Of a DNA stretch of 64,000 bases, positions 26,988-38,310 are shown in pieces; within the stretch, counting starts at the first letter, position 1, and every line of letters starts with the position of its first letter. This stretch comes from Squalus acanthias (taxonomy: Eukaryota), in the NCBI GenBank assembly GCA_030390025.1, contig CM059434.1, positions 33,790,001-33,854,000 of the forward strand, read 5' to 3'. Under the pieces are notes generated by a model. The model was not told the origin of the DNA. It did no database searches and saw nothing but the letters and a program-made list of their open reading frames with translations. A program made the position numbers and the translations under genes.

Positions 26988-27828
26988 TAACATCTGTTAA
27001 AGTCTGGTTACTGAATAAACATTAGTGTGTATTTGCATTGTAACACTGACATTTTGATATTAAGAGTGAGCTAAAATAGTCACCCAACAGGTTAGTCACC
27101 AGTTGACAACTTCATGTAAACAGAGCTACTGTCTTCTATAATATACAGCACGATTGGGTAATTTTTTTTAAGAAAATGTTCTGCTAGAAATAACATTAAA
27201 TTGTGATAGAGTTTCCACTTCGGGCGCAATCGGGAAATTGCGGCCACAATCCGCCCGAATTGCGCGGATTAGGATACAGTTCAAGTTTCTGCTAAAATTA
27301 ATTTGCATAATCACAAACGTAAAATCTTCTATGAACCAGCTAATCGGGCAGCGAAATAAATCGTTTTTTATTCTTCCCATTAAAAAGTATTCCTCGATGT
27401 ATTTAAGAGTGGTAACCTGGTGCAGATTATTAATACAGCTGAAAATGGGTTTAATCACCAAAAATAAGCATTTTTAATAAGGGTGTCCAGTCCTCCAACT
27501 GTGAGTAACCTGATTTTAAATCACTGAAAATAGGAACATAGGAACAGGAGTAGGCCATTTAGCCCCTCGACCCTGTTCCGCCATTCAATGAGATCATGGC
27601 TGATCTACAACCTTAATCCATGTACCCACCTTTGCCCCATATCCCTTAATAACATTGGTTAACAAAAATTTATCAATCTCAGATTTAAAATTAACAATTG
27701 ATCTAGCATCAATTGCTGTTTGCAGAAGAGAGTTCCAAACTTCTACCACCCTTTGTGTGTAGAAGTGTTTCCTAATTTCACTCCTGAAAGGTCTGGCTCT
27801 AATTTTTAGACTATGCCCCCTAGTCCTA

Positions 27829-30232
27829 GGGGGCAATTTTCCCACTGGAGGTGGGTTTCGGTTTGGGTGGGTTTGAAACCCACCTCCACTGATAGTTTTC
27901 AAAAAATTGCGATTTTCTCCTGATTGGCCACTTGATTTCAGAGGTGTGGGATGCCCTTGGTCAATTAGTGTTTTGGGACTGAAACCCGCCTCTGCTGACA
28001 TCACTTTTCCAGTCTGATTTCATGGCTTCTTGCTGCCTTGGCTCATTCCACAGGATTTCTGCCTATGCTGCACCACCTGCAACATACTCTGAGAAACCAC
28101 TATGTCCAATTCCAAGGCAAGGGCCTCCCCGAGGCTCTCGGATGAGGCGCTGCAAATGTTGTTTGAGGGGGTGACAGATAGCAGGGAAGTGCTCTTCCAC
28201 TCATCTGGGAGGAAGAGGCCTCCCAAATAAACCAAGGCTGTGTGGGTACAGCTGGCAAGGGATATAACCTCCAGATCTGTGTGCAGATTGGGAGAATGTT
28301 TCTGTGTATTGATGAAATGTTGGAAAGCTTTAAAATGGTTTGATGCCAAAATGTTGGCGTTATGGCATCTGTTCTTTCGCCTTAGGCAGCTCCACATTGC
28401 GGGCTCCGCCACACTTGCGTTGTCAGGTTGGTGGCCTGAGTGAAAGGAGGCCAGAGAGTCATGCCCATTGTCAATGATGTCTTAGGATGGAGCCAAGGAC
28501 ATGTGCCAACTTGGGCAACCTATGCAAATCTGGCCAGGATAAGTTCATCCCTTGCATCACGGGCAGCCATGTGCTCGCGTGCTGCCGCTGGTCGATACAC
28601 CGGCGCTCTGATCTCCTCCTGCTCCTCCTCCTCCTCCTCATCTGGGGAGGGCTGGAACTGAGCCACTTGCTCCTCAGGAAGCTGCAAGCCATGATGCTGT
28701 GCAATGTTGTGCAGTGCACAGCAGACCACAACCATTCTGGAGACCCTGTATGGTGTATACTGCAGGGCTCCACCTGATCGGTCAAGGCAACAGAAGCGCA
28801 TCTTCAACAACCCAATGGTTTGCTCGATGATGGGCCTGGTCGAAGTGTGGCTGGCGTTGTAGCGCTCTTCTGCCTCGTTAGCTGGCCTCCTGATCGGCAT
28901 CATTAGCCACTTCTTCAGGGGGTAGCCTTTGTCACCAAGGAGCCATCTGTTAAGTTGGTTTGGCGGATTGAAAAGCGGAGGCACACTAGAGTGCTGCAGG
29001 ATGAAAGAGTCATGGCAACTTCCACAGAACTTGGCGCAAACATGCAAGAATTCCTTCTTGTGGTTACACACCAGCTGAACGTTGAGGGAGTGGAAGCCCT
29101 TGCGGTTGACAAAGATAGCTGGGTTGTGATGGGGTGCCCTAAGGGTCACATGTGTGCAGTCTATGATGCCTTGCACCATTGGCATGCCTGCCATATTTGC
29201 AAAGCCAACCGAACGGGCGGTTATACTTGCTTGATCCCTTGAGAACTGGATGTAATTGTGGGCCTTAGCAAAAAGGGCATCGGTAACCTGCGTGATGCAA
29301 CTGTGGGCGGCCGACTGGGAGATGCCGCTGATGTCTGCTGATGATCCCTGGAAGGAGCCTGAGGCAAAGAAATTGAGTGCGGTGGTGACTTTGACAGCCT
29401 GGTAAGGGGTGTCCACCCGTTCCTCTGGGCACCAGGTCTTGCTGCAGCAGTCCGCAGATCTCTCGGACAACCTATCGCGAAAGTCTCAGCCTCCTTTGGC
29501 ACTGCTGCTCACTCATGTTGAGGTAGCTCATCCTCTGTCTGTAAAACCTTTTGTCGGGGGTATCTCCTGCGGCGAGGTGCCTCGATGCGCTGGCGCCTTC
29601 TGCCCTGTGCAGTATCAGGTGGCTGAGCAGGAGGTTGGGGCTCCTGCTGCTGTTGCTCCTGAGCTGCCTGGTTCTGCTGCTGCCGTGGCTGCTCCTCATC
29701 CTCATCTGAGGTCCATGGAGAAAGAGAACGAATGGTTCCCATGCTGCTTACAGATGCCTCTGTTGGGGAAGCGCTCATTGCAGGCGGGGAGAGGGTCTTC
29801 CAAGGAGGTCCCACAGTTGATAGATTCAAGCTGCCACACCTCCGACTTCAGAAGGCCTTCTAAAAGTGCTCAAAGACCTTTTAAAGCAAAGTTCTGGCAC
29901 CTGCAAGTAATCCCTGATGAAATAAACGATGTCTTGTTGGACCTGCAGCTGTGAGGAGACCACCCACGAGTCAACCCGCCAGGTTTAGCTGCCGTGGTTT
30001 AGGAGGGTCGTGGAACACGGCGAAATGCTCAAAAAATCACGAGGGCCTCTCAAAATAGGCTTAGAGAGGCCCTTAACGAGCATTTAATGATCTTAACTAG
30101 CGCTATGGCCAGCTGGAGGCGGAACCGTTTCCCGACCTCCAAAACCAGTTCCGAACTCGCCCTCATTGTTTCTGATTTTTCCGCCTTTCCCGCCTCCAAA
30201 TCCGCCTTCTCAGATGTCAGAAAATCGCCCCC
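27829..30232. mobile_element. PIF/Harbinger transposon with both TIRs, decayed transposase (-) and Myb/SANT fragment (+)
   Basis: TIRs GGGGGCAATTTTC / GAAAATCGCCCCC and TSD CTA (27826-27828, 30233-30235). The Myb-like ORF from 28102 (PRLSDEALQMLFEGV..REVLF) has an internal stop. Confidence 0.9.
28520..29745 (-). pseudogene. HARBI1-type DDE transposase, frameshifted near the N terminus
   Basis: The 316-aa ORF has [37 protein letters not shown] and [13 protein letters not shown]. The N terminus lies in overlapping ORFs 29472-29705 and 29509-29829. Confidence 0.9.
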
Positions 30233-31147
30233 CTAGACTCCCGACCAGCGGAAATAGTTTCTCCAACTACCCTATCTGTTCCCCTTAATATCTTGAAAAC
30301 TTCGATCAAATCACCACTTAATCTTCTAAATTCCAGGGAATACAACCCCAGTTTGTGTAATCTCTCCTCGTAAATTAACCCCTGTAGTCCAGGTATCATT
30401 CTCATAAACCAACGCTGCACTCCCTCCAAGGCCAACATATCCTTCCTAAGGTGTGGTGCCCAGAACTGCTGTCAGTACTCCAGGTGTGGTCTAATCAGGG
30501 TTTTGTATAGCTGCAGCATAACTTCTACCTCATTGTATTCTCGTCCTCTATAGATATAAAGGCCAGCACTCCATTAGTCTTTTTGATTATTTTCTGTACC
30601 TGTTCATGACATTTTAATCATCGATGTACCTGGACCCCCAAGTCTCTTTGGACCTCCACTGTTTTTAGCTTTTCACCATTTAGAAAGTACCCTGTTCTAT
30701 CCTTTTTAGGTCCAAAGTGGATGACCTCACATTTGCCTACATTGAAATCCATTTGCCACAGTTTTGCCCAGTCACTTAATCTATCTGTATCTCTTTGTAA
30801 TGTTGTGCTTTCATCTACACTGCCTACAATGACGGCCATCTTTGTGTCATCGGCAAATGTGGATATGTGGCTTTCTATCCCATCATCTATGTCGTTAATA
30901 AATACGGTGAATAGTTGAGGCCCCAACACAGATCCCTGCGGTCACATCCTGCCAATTAGAGTACCTGCCCATTATCCCTACTGCCTGTCTCCTACCACTC
31001 AGCCAATTTCCTAACCAGGTCAATAATTTGCCTTCATTTCCATGGGCTTCAACCTTAGTTAACAGTCTCTTATCAGGGACTTTATCAAATGCCTTCTGGA
31101 AGTCCATATAAATAACATCCAAATGACTTTAAAGAAAAACTATACTT

Positions 31148-32718
31148 CCTTTTCTGGCTCCCATGTTAGCTGACATTGTTAACGGTTCTCTCTCCTCAGG
31201 TACTGCCCCCCTCTCCCTCAAATCTGCCGTCATCATCCCTCTCCTCAAAAAAACATTTGACCCCTCTATCCTTACAAACTACCGCCCCATCTCCAACCTC
31301 CCTTTCCCCTACAAAGTCTTTGAACATGTTGTCGCCTCCCAAATCTGTGCCCATCTTTCCTGCAACTCCATGTTTGAATCACTCCAATCAGGTTTCCACC
31401 CCTGCCACAGTACCGAAACAGCTCTAATCAAAGTCACAAATTACATCCTTTGTGACTGTGACAAAGGTAAACTATCCCTCCTTGTCCTTCTTGACTTGTC
31501 TGTAGCCTTTGACACAGTTGACCACTCCATCCTCCTCCAACACCTCTCTGCCGTCATCCAGCTGGGTGGGACTGCACTTGCCTGGTTCCATTCTTATCTA
31601 TCTAATCGTAGCCAGAGAATCACCTGCAATGGGTTCTCTTCCCGCTTATCTCTGGTGTCCCCCAAGGATCTATCCTTGGCCCCCTCCTATTTCTCATCCA
31701 CATGCTGCCTCTTGGCGACATCATCCAAAAACACAGCGTCAGTTTCCACATGTACGCTGACGACACCCAGCTCTACCTCACCACCACTTCTCTCGACCCC
31801 TCCACGGTAACTAAATTGTCAGACTGTTTGTCTGACATCCAGTTCTGGATGAGCAGAAATTTTCTCCAATTAAATATTAGGAAGACCGAAGCCATTGTTT
31901 TCGGTCCTCACCACAAACTCCATTCCCTAGCCACTGACTCCATCCCTCTCCCTAACATCTGTCTGAGGCTGAATCACACTGTTCGCAACCTTGGTGTCAT
32001 ATTTGACCCTGAAATGAGCTTCCGACCACATATCCATGGCATAACTAAGACCGCCTACTTCCATCTCCGTAACATCGCCCGTCTCCGCCCTTGCCTCTGC
32101 TCATCCACTGCTGAAACCCTCATCCATGCCTTTGTTACCTCTTGACTATTCAAATGCACTCCTGGCTGGCCTCCCACATTCTACCCTATGTAAACTTGAG
32201 GTCATCCAAAACTCACCTGCCCGTGTCCTAATTGGCACTAAGTCCCGTTCCCCCATCATCCCTGTGCTCGCTGACCTTCATTGGCTCCCGGTTAAGCAAT
32301 GCCTCGATTTCAAAATTCTCATCCTTGTTTTCAAATCCCTCCATGGCCTTGCCCCTCCCTATCTCTGTAATCTCCTCCAGCCACCTCCCCCACTCCACCC
32401 CACCACCCCCCGCCGAAATATTTGCGTTCCTCTAATTTTGCCCTCTTGAGCATCCCTGATTAAAATCGCTCAACCATTGGTGACCGTGCCTTCTGTTGCC
32501 TAGGCCCTAAGCTCTGGAATTCCCTGCCTAAACCTCTCCACCTCACTACCTCTCTTTCCTCCTTTAAGATGCTCCTTAAAACCTACCTCTTTGACCAGGT
32601 TTTTGGTCACCTGCCCTAATTTCTCCTTATGCGGCTCAGTGTCAAATTTTTTGCCTTATAATACTCCTTTGAAGCACCTTGGGGTCTTTTACTATGTTAA
32701 AGGTACTATATAAATAAA
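31148..32718 (+). mobile_element. L2 LINE 3' part (RT, frameshifted)
   Basis: Motifs NYRPISNLP, QSGF..HSTETAL, LLDLSVAFDTVDH, YADDTQLY and LHWLPV; (GTT)n tail. Confidence 0.92.
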
Positions 32719-33029
32719 AGTTGTTCTTGTTGTTGTTGAACCATTTAATAGTTTCATTGGTGTACACTAGTCAGCTTCTTAGCAAATTAAATATTTTTTG
32801 ATATGAAAAACTTTTAAAATATGCCTGCTAGTACTGGCATAAACGAGCGGAAACTCTACCCCCTAATGTTTAAGCCCCAGTCTTAATTTAAAATGAGATT
32901 ACAGTGAGAAAACTAACCACAGGAATTTACTTTGAAGGATTTTATAAACTTTTGGGAGGAAGCGAGTGTTAATAAAGGACTTAAGAGTAGATAGTACCGA
33001 TATACAGTAATGTATGCATAGATGTATTG

Positions 33030-33253
33030 GTTATCTTGCACATTTGGAACATACCACGTCATTGCTGCATCTGTTATACGCCAGCAGTCAGACAGTTACT
33101 CTCATCAGGGAAGTGCTTGGTACCGTCTGCACCCAGCTGTAAACTCTCTCAAAAATCTCCTACGCTGCCTGTATGCTGCTTATTGACCAAGTGTTCTGCA
33201 CCTTCTAATTCTACAAGCAAGTTCAGTCTCTTAAAGTACTTTGTACTGTACAG
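33030..33253 (+). promoter_or_regulatory. Candidate RAG2 lymphoid promoter and non-coding exon 1
   Basis: Unique sequence with clustered GATA (33031), E-boxes (CATCTG 33068, CAGCTG 33134), Myb-type sites (CTGTTA 33071, CAGTTA 33093) and an Ets/Ikaros-type GGGAAGTG (33108). It is followed by the donor CAG|GTAATA at 33254. Confidence 0.35.
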
Positions 33254-33772
33254 GTAATATTGTTTGAAGAAATTGATTAGAATTCAGCACTACATTCATA
33301 TTAGAGGTAAGGATGCACTACTGTCACAGTGGTTGATCCAGCTAATAGCAAACCTGTGTGTAAAAAGATTATCTGCAGTATTATTGTAGTACAACTGTTT
33401 TCAAATTAAGGTTTGTGTCGTTGACTGATTTTCCACAGCCTTTTGAAGAGTAGAAAAGTTGCTGAGCGATAGCCAGAGGTTATTATAATCAGAGCCAGTA
33501 TCTGCATAGTTAACTTACTGTTAGTCTAGAAAAATATTAAATATGCTTTGATCGGCAAAATGTTATCCTAATGTTGTAGTTAAACAGAAAAAAAACTTGC
33601 TAATGTTATCATGTTATACATTTGAGAAGGAACAAACTGAAAAGAAAATTAGATTACTAAAGCAATTGCCATATGTTATTCATTGGCATGGTCCAGAAAA
33701 TTGAGTGGGGGAGAAACGTCATGTCCTATCCAGGTGATTAAAGCTGATGATCATATTAGTGATATATATACT

Positions 33773-34535
33773 GGCCCAAAAATTCGGCCGAATACGGGAG
33801 AGTACCCGCTGTGTACTCCCACTTATTCGGTCCCGAAGTGCCGGTTTCCTGCATGCACTGCGCATGCGCAGGAAACCGGCACTTCCGGTATGGCGAAGGG
33901 GGGGGTTCCTAGATGAACCGCGTGCGCACTACAGGCTGTGCGCACGCAGCACACTTAGGTTTTTTTTCAGGTTTCAACGCAAGGGTAAGTATGGAAGATT
34001 TTACACAAGAAAAAAGGAGGCGTAAGACCCCTTTTGAACAAGGTAAGTAGTTAATTAAGTATAATTTTTAATTTTTTTCAACAGGTTTATCTTTTTTAGA
34101 GACTTTAAAGAAAGGTAAGTTTATTTTTATAACTTTTTTTAAAAAAAATTAATTTTTTCAAAAATTTAAATTTTTGTTTAAAGTGGTTAATTTATTTAAC
34201 TATAGTTATTTTATTAATGTGATGGTTTTTTTTAATTTATTTGAGGTTTAGCTGTTCATTTGGGGTCTCTTTCAATTCACAGATTTGACAGGTCTCCTGT
34301 CAAATCTATGAATGAAAGATGGTGTGCTGCCATTGGCTCTCCATGGCCCACGTGATCCCAGAGGTCGCATCGCACTAACTGCGCCCCTGGGACACGCACA
34401 CACTGCGCGCCAGCACTAGGGAGAGGCCCAGGACCCGAAGTTCCTGTGGGCCCAAAACACAACGGCCGGCGCGGAGTGTGATATCGCGCGCGATCCTTAC
34501 CTCCGCAGCAAGCCTCCGAGTCAAATTTCTGGGCC
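33773..34535. mobile_element. Harbinger-type MITE (family A, second copy)
   Basis: Highly similar along its length to 2978-3740, with the same TIRs. Confidence 0.85.
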
Positions 34536-34694
34536 ATTATCTCTACATCTAAAAGGACAGTGAAGGGCTCCATGCTCTACTAATATACAAATGTCTTATA
34601 AATACCAATCAAGTGCAACTTCTGTATACAAAGGATGGTAAGGCAGTCAGCAAAATGGATCAGAGATACTATAACTTGGTAACTAATCTACTCA

Positions 34695-35113
34695 AGTTTG
34701 AGTCAAGGGAAAACTGGAATCAGAAAAGATATTGATTAAAAACCTATAATATTTCACAGCTGTCATTTTATTGGAAGAAAGCTAAGGTAACTTGAAATAC
34801 ATTTGGTGCAGAGGGAAGAGAGAAAAGGTGATCTGAAATAGATTTAACATGGACTATGGACAGTGGCAAGCAACCACTTTTTTACCTAGATTGTGAGAAT
34901 ATAAGTTTGATTTCTTATTTTAATTTGGTGATGTCATATCCTCTCTTGTTTTTGAAACACTATAATGCAATAAGATACTGTCATTTAGTTACCCGGGAAC
35001 TAACATTTTGAATTTAAACTCTCAAAATAGTTTGAGTCAAGGGAAAACTGGAATCAGAAAAGATATTGATTAAAAACCTATAATATTTCACAGCTGTCAT
35101 TTTATTGGAAGAA
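34695..35113 (+). repeat. 85-bp direct repeat (34695-34779 and 35029-35113)
   Basis: AGTTTGAGTCAAGGGAAAACTGG...TTTATTGGAAGAA occurs twice, about 250 bp apart. Confidence 0.85.
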
Positions 35114-36454
35114 TATTGTGGCTATCTCAGAATTCAAATCCAAATCCTATTAAAATGATAGCTGTAGTTGTTTTCACCCTGACAAGTTAGACATATGTGA
35201 TGCCCATCCATGATCAAGGCTGGGCTCATACATGAAGAATGGTCACATGAGTGAGGCACCAGAGAGCTCCTGGCCAATGTGGAACTGTACTCCAACCTGA
35301 ATCTCTGAGGAGGGGAAAAACAAAGAAGAAAACTGGAGGAGGAACAGGGAAGGAGAGACCACAAACTAACTTCAGTTTATATTAAGACTACAGTTAACAA
35401 AGACTAGATATCGGTTAGTTTGCTTTAAAAAAAAATCTGAAAAGTTTCCATGCATAGAGTAACCAAGGGTCCCAAACTCTCTGCATACAAAAGCCAAACT
35501 AGTTATAAATTTGGACAAAGACTGCTGTAAGCATGAATGTTGTCTTAACGTTAAATTTTAGCTAGTACTTGGGTGAAAGGGAAACATTATTTTTTTAATA
35601 TCAAATCTGCCTTGGTCATCATGAACCATGAAAACAGAAAAATCAATTTCTATATTTCTCTGCATACGGTCTCCATATTTTTCCATGTTCAAGTCTCTTC
35701 AGTCATTTCACTCAACATTGACAAATAGATGCAATTAGCACTGAAAGCCCCAGCTAAAACCACTAGATAGAACATCAACTACTGAAATTTAAATTTTTTT
35801 TTTTAAATATATCCTTAGATCATCTCAACTGCAGTAATTTCTCTTCTTGTTGACTCAGCTTTGGAGTAATACTAAATGTCAGGTGTCATTCAGTATAATT
35901 ACTATACAGCTGCAGCATAAGTCAACTTCACTAAAAACCAACATACATGAATTATGTAGAAAACCATTTTCAAAGCCCACTTTAACTCACCATAAAGTTA
36001 GCTGACAGCAAACGGTCTACCTGAGTATTAAAAGCATGCTTGTGCATCACAATGCAACTGTGCCTGAAGAGCATGTATGTATTTACATGTGCTATATAGG
36101 TTACTGCTGTTTTGTATCACATCAATCAAGTACCAATAACAAGAGGCAACACGGAGTGCTTACACACTAAACATAGACTGGCAGAAGAAATGGGACACTA
36201 CATGATCCACTGCATGTAATTACCAAAGAAAAACATTAAGATCAGCTGTTCACTGTCCCCACTTCAAACTACTGAAGGATTTAAGAGTGGTAAATAGCCA
36301 AAATCAAAATTGATTTGAAGGTTAATAAAAGCTGAAACTTGAAAGCATAACTGATTTTTCAGACAGTTAAATCCCACAAATCCAAATATTAAAATTGAGA
36401 CAGCAGCACTGAACAGGGAACGTGCCTACCCACAGCCACTTGGAGGAATTGGTT

Positions 36455-36722
36455 GGGGAATAAATGTTGGCCTGGACACCGGAAGAATGCCCCTGCTCTT
36501 CTTCAAATAGTACAGTGGGATCTTTAATGTCCACTTGAGAGGGTAGATGGGGCTTTGGTTTAAAATCTCATCTGAAAGACGACACCTCCAACAGTGCAGC
36601 ACTCCCTCAGTACTGTACTGAAGTGCTAGCCTAGATTAGGTGCTCAAGTCTCTGGAGTGGGACTTGAACCCAAAACTTTCTGACTCAGAGATGAGAGTGC
36701 TACAACTGAGCCAAGCCTGACA
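36455..36722 (-). repeat. tRNA-derived DeuSINE-like SINE
   Basis: Minus-strand head with A box (TGGCTCAGTTGTAG) and B box (GGTTCAAGTCCC), followed by a body shared with the other SINE copies. Confidence 0.7.
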
Positions 36723-38310
36723 CCTAATAAAGAAATTACACATAGAAAGAAATGCCAAACTACCCAATTCACCAATAAGTTGTTAGAAAATCCTGTAGAT
36801 TTCCTCATCATTTGCTTTTGCATACTAATGTTAATGAACAGCTCAATTAAAATCGTCAGCATTTCAGGTTTTACAACAATAAATACTGTTGTTTTTTAAA
36901 CCAAGCAAATAGATTTAAAGAGATGTTTAAAACATTGTACTCCTGGGATAAGACTACTTACTTAAAAAGCAGCCAAAATCCTCTCATTATACATTACTTC
37001 TGTAATAAGATTTTTTCCATGTTTATAAACACCTTCAGAATATTAAGGATTAGCATGGGACTCATGTTCTCCTATGACTATGGGAGGACCAAATTCCCTT
37101 TATTTAATATGCTGATTATGTTCAGTAGAAACATTTGCTGTAAAATTGAAGAATTTCCATCTAAATTCCATATTAAAAATAAATTCTAGAAACAGGCATA
37201 TACAATTCTAGAAATTATAGAGACATGGTATCGTCAGATTTACTGCACAAACTAGAAGAACAGGTGCTGCAGTAATGGTTTCTTAAAGCAAACCGGATTC
37301 TTTAAAAGAATGGTTTCAATACAAACAAAACCTGAAAATCGGATTACTCAGCAGTACAGGTGGCCCAGTGGTTAACACCATTTCTTTTTGCAACAAGTAC
37401 CTCGAAGGCCATGTTTCAATGAACTGTATTTAGGAGAAAACTTAGATTCACTTCACTTGCAACATACTGCCTTCTGAGGCCTGCGCATGCCCCAAGCCCA
37501 AGAGCAAGAGCAGCAATAGTAGGATTCAGAAGGGAAAGTGAAATGCCATAACAAAAATGTCTTTGCAAAATGTTAGAGATGGACAAATCACACTAGTACA
37601 GTAGTCTAGGACAATTAGAAAGGAAAATCTTTTTATGGCAGAGAAACTAAATGAGTACTTTGCTCTGTTTTCACAGAAAAATGTGGCAGTAGAGATGAAA
37701 AGGTACATGAGGAAGATAGATAAGGAAGTAGTGTTGAAAAAATAGTGCAACTCAAAAGTGGAAAACACACTGGGCCCTGATGGCACGCATCCTTGAATGT
37801 GTAGGGAAGTCAGAGAGGAAACAGCAGAGGCTCTGATCACAGTCTTCCTTTGGTTGCGCCAAAGAACAGGAGTATTCCCAATGTAATATACTTGTTCAAA
37901 AAGGGGAGAAAGGGATAAACTAGACAACTACAGACCAGTCAGCCTAACATTAGATGGGGTAAGCTTCTACTGGCCGTGAAACAAGATAGAATTAATACTA
38001 ACCTAGAAAGACAGATTTGTAAAAGGTAAGTTATATCTGACAAATTAAATCAAGTGGTGTACAGAAATAATAGTGTATTGTTAGAGGGAATGCAGCCAAT
38101 GTGGATTTTCAAAAGGAATTTGATAAGCTATTATATAAGAAACTTCTAGATAAAATTAAGGCACATGGTATTAAAGGGAATGTGGCCGCATGCCAATGGG
38201 ACAGAAAACAAAGTCGCAGTTAATGTATTTTTTTTGACTGGGGATGTAACAGTGCTGTGCAGTGGTCTGTATTACATATATTGCATAGAGGCACATATAC
38301 ATTATATCCT

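Larger units (their letters stand above)
27532..31120 (-). mobile_element. CR1 LINE fragment (split by a Harbinger transposon)
   Basis: RT motifs at 30217-31122 and a 3' end at 27532-27828; AAAT duplicated at 27528-27531 and 31121-31124. Confidence 0.85.
27205..32862. mobile_element. Harbinger-type MITE (family B) split by nested CR1, Harbinger and L2 insertions
   Basis: Pieces 27205-27531, 31121-31147 and about 32719-32862 join into a sequence resembling the reverse complement of 4843-5790. Confidence 0.65.

Noticed and set aside
28520-29470. Host HARBI1 gene (domesticated transposase)
   Set aside because: It is bounded by TIRs and a TSD, frameshifted, inserted in a CR1, and has a paralogous decayed copy at 48.5-49.7 kb. 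It is a transposon, not the host gene.
33325-33360. CACAGTG heptamer as a recombination signal sequence or RAG-transposon TIR remnant (also at 2850 and 20044)
   Set aside because: No ACAAAAACC-like nonamer at a 12- or 23-bp spacing; lone heptamers are expected by chance in 64 kb.
36650-36722. tRNA gene
   Set aside because: The A/B boxes belong to a SINE head continuous with a repeat body; no complete cloverleaf is evident.
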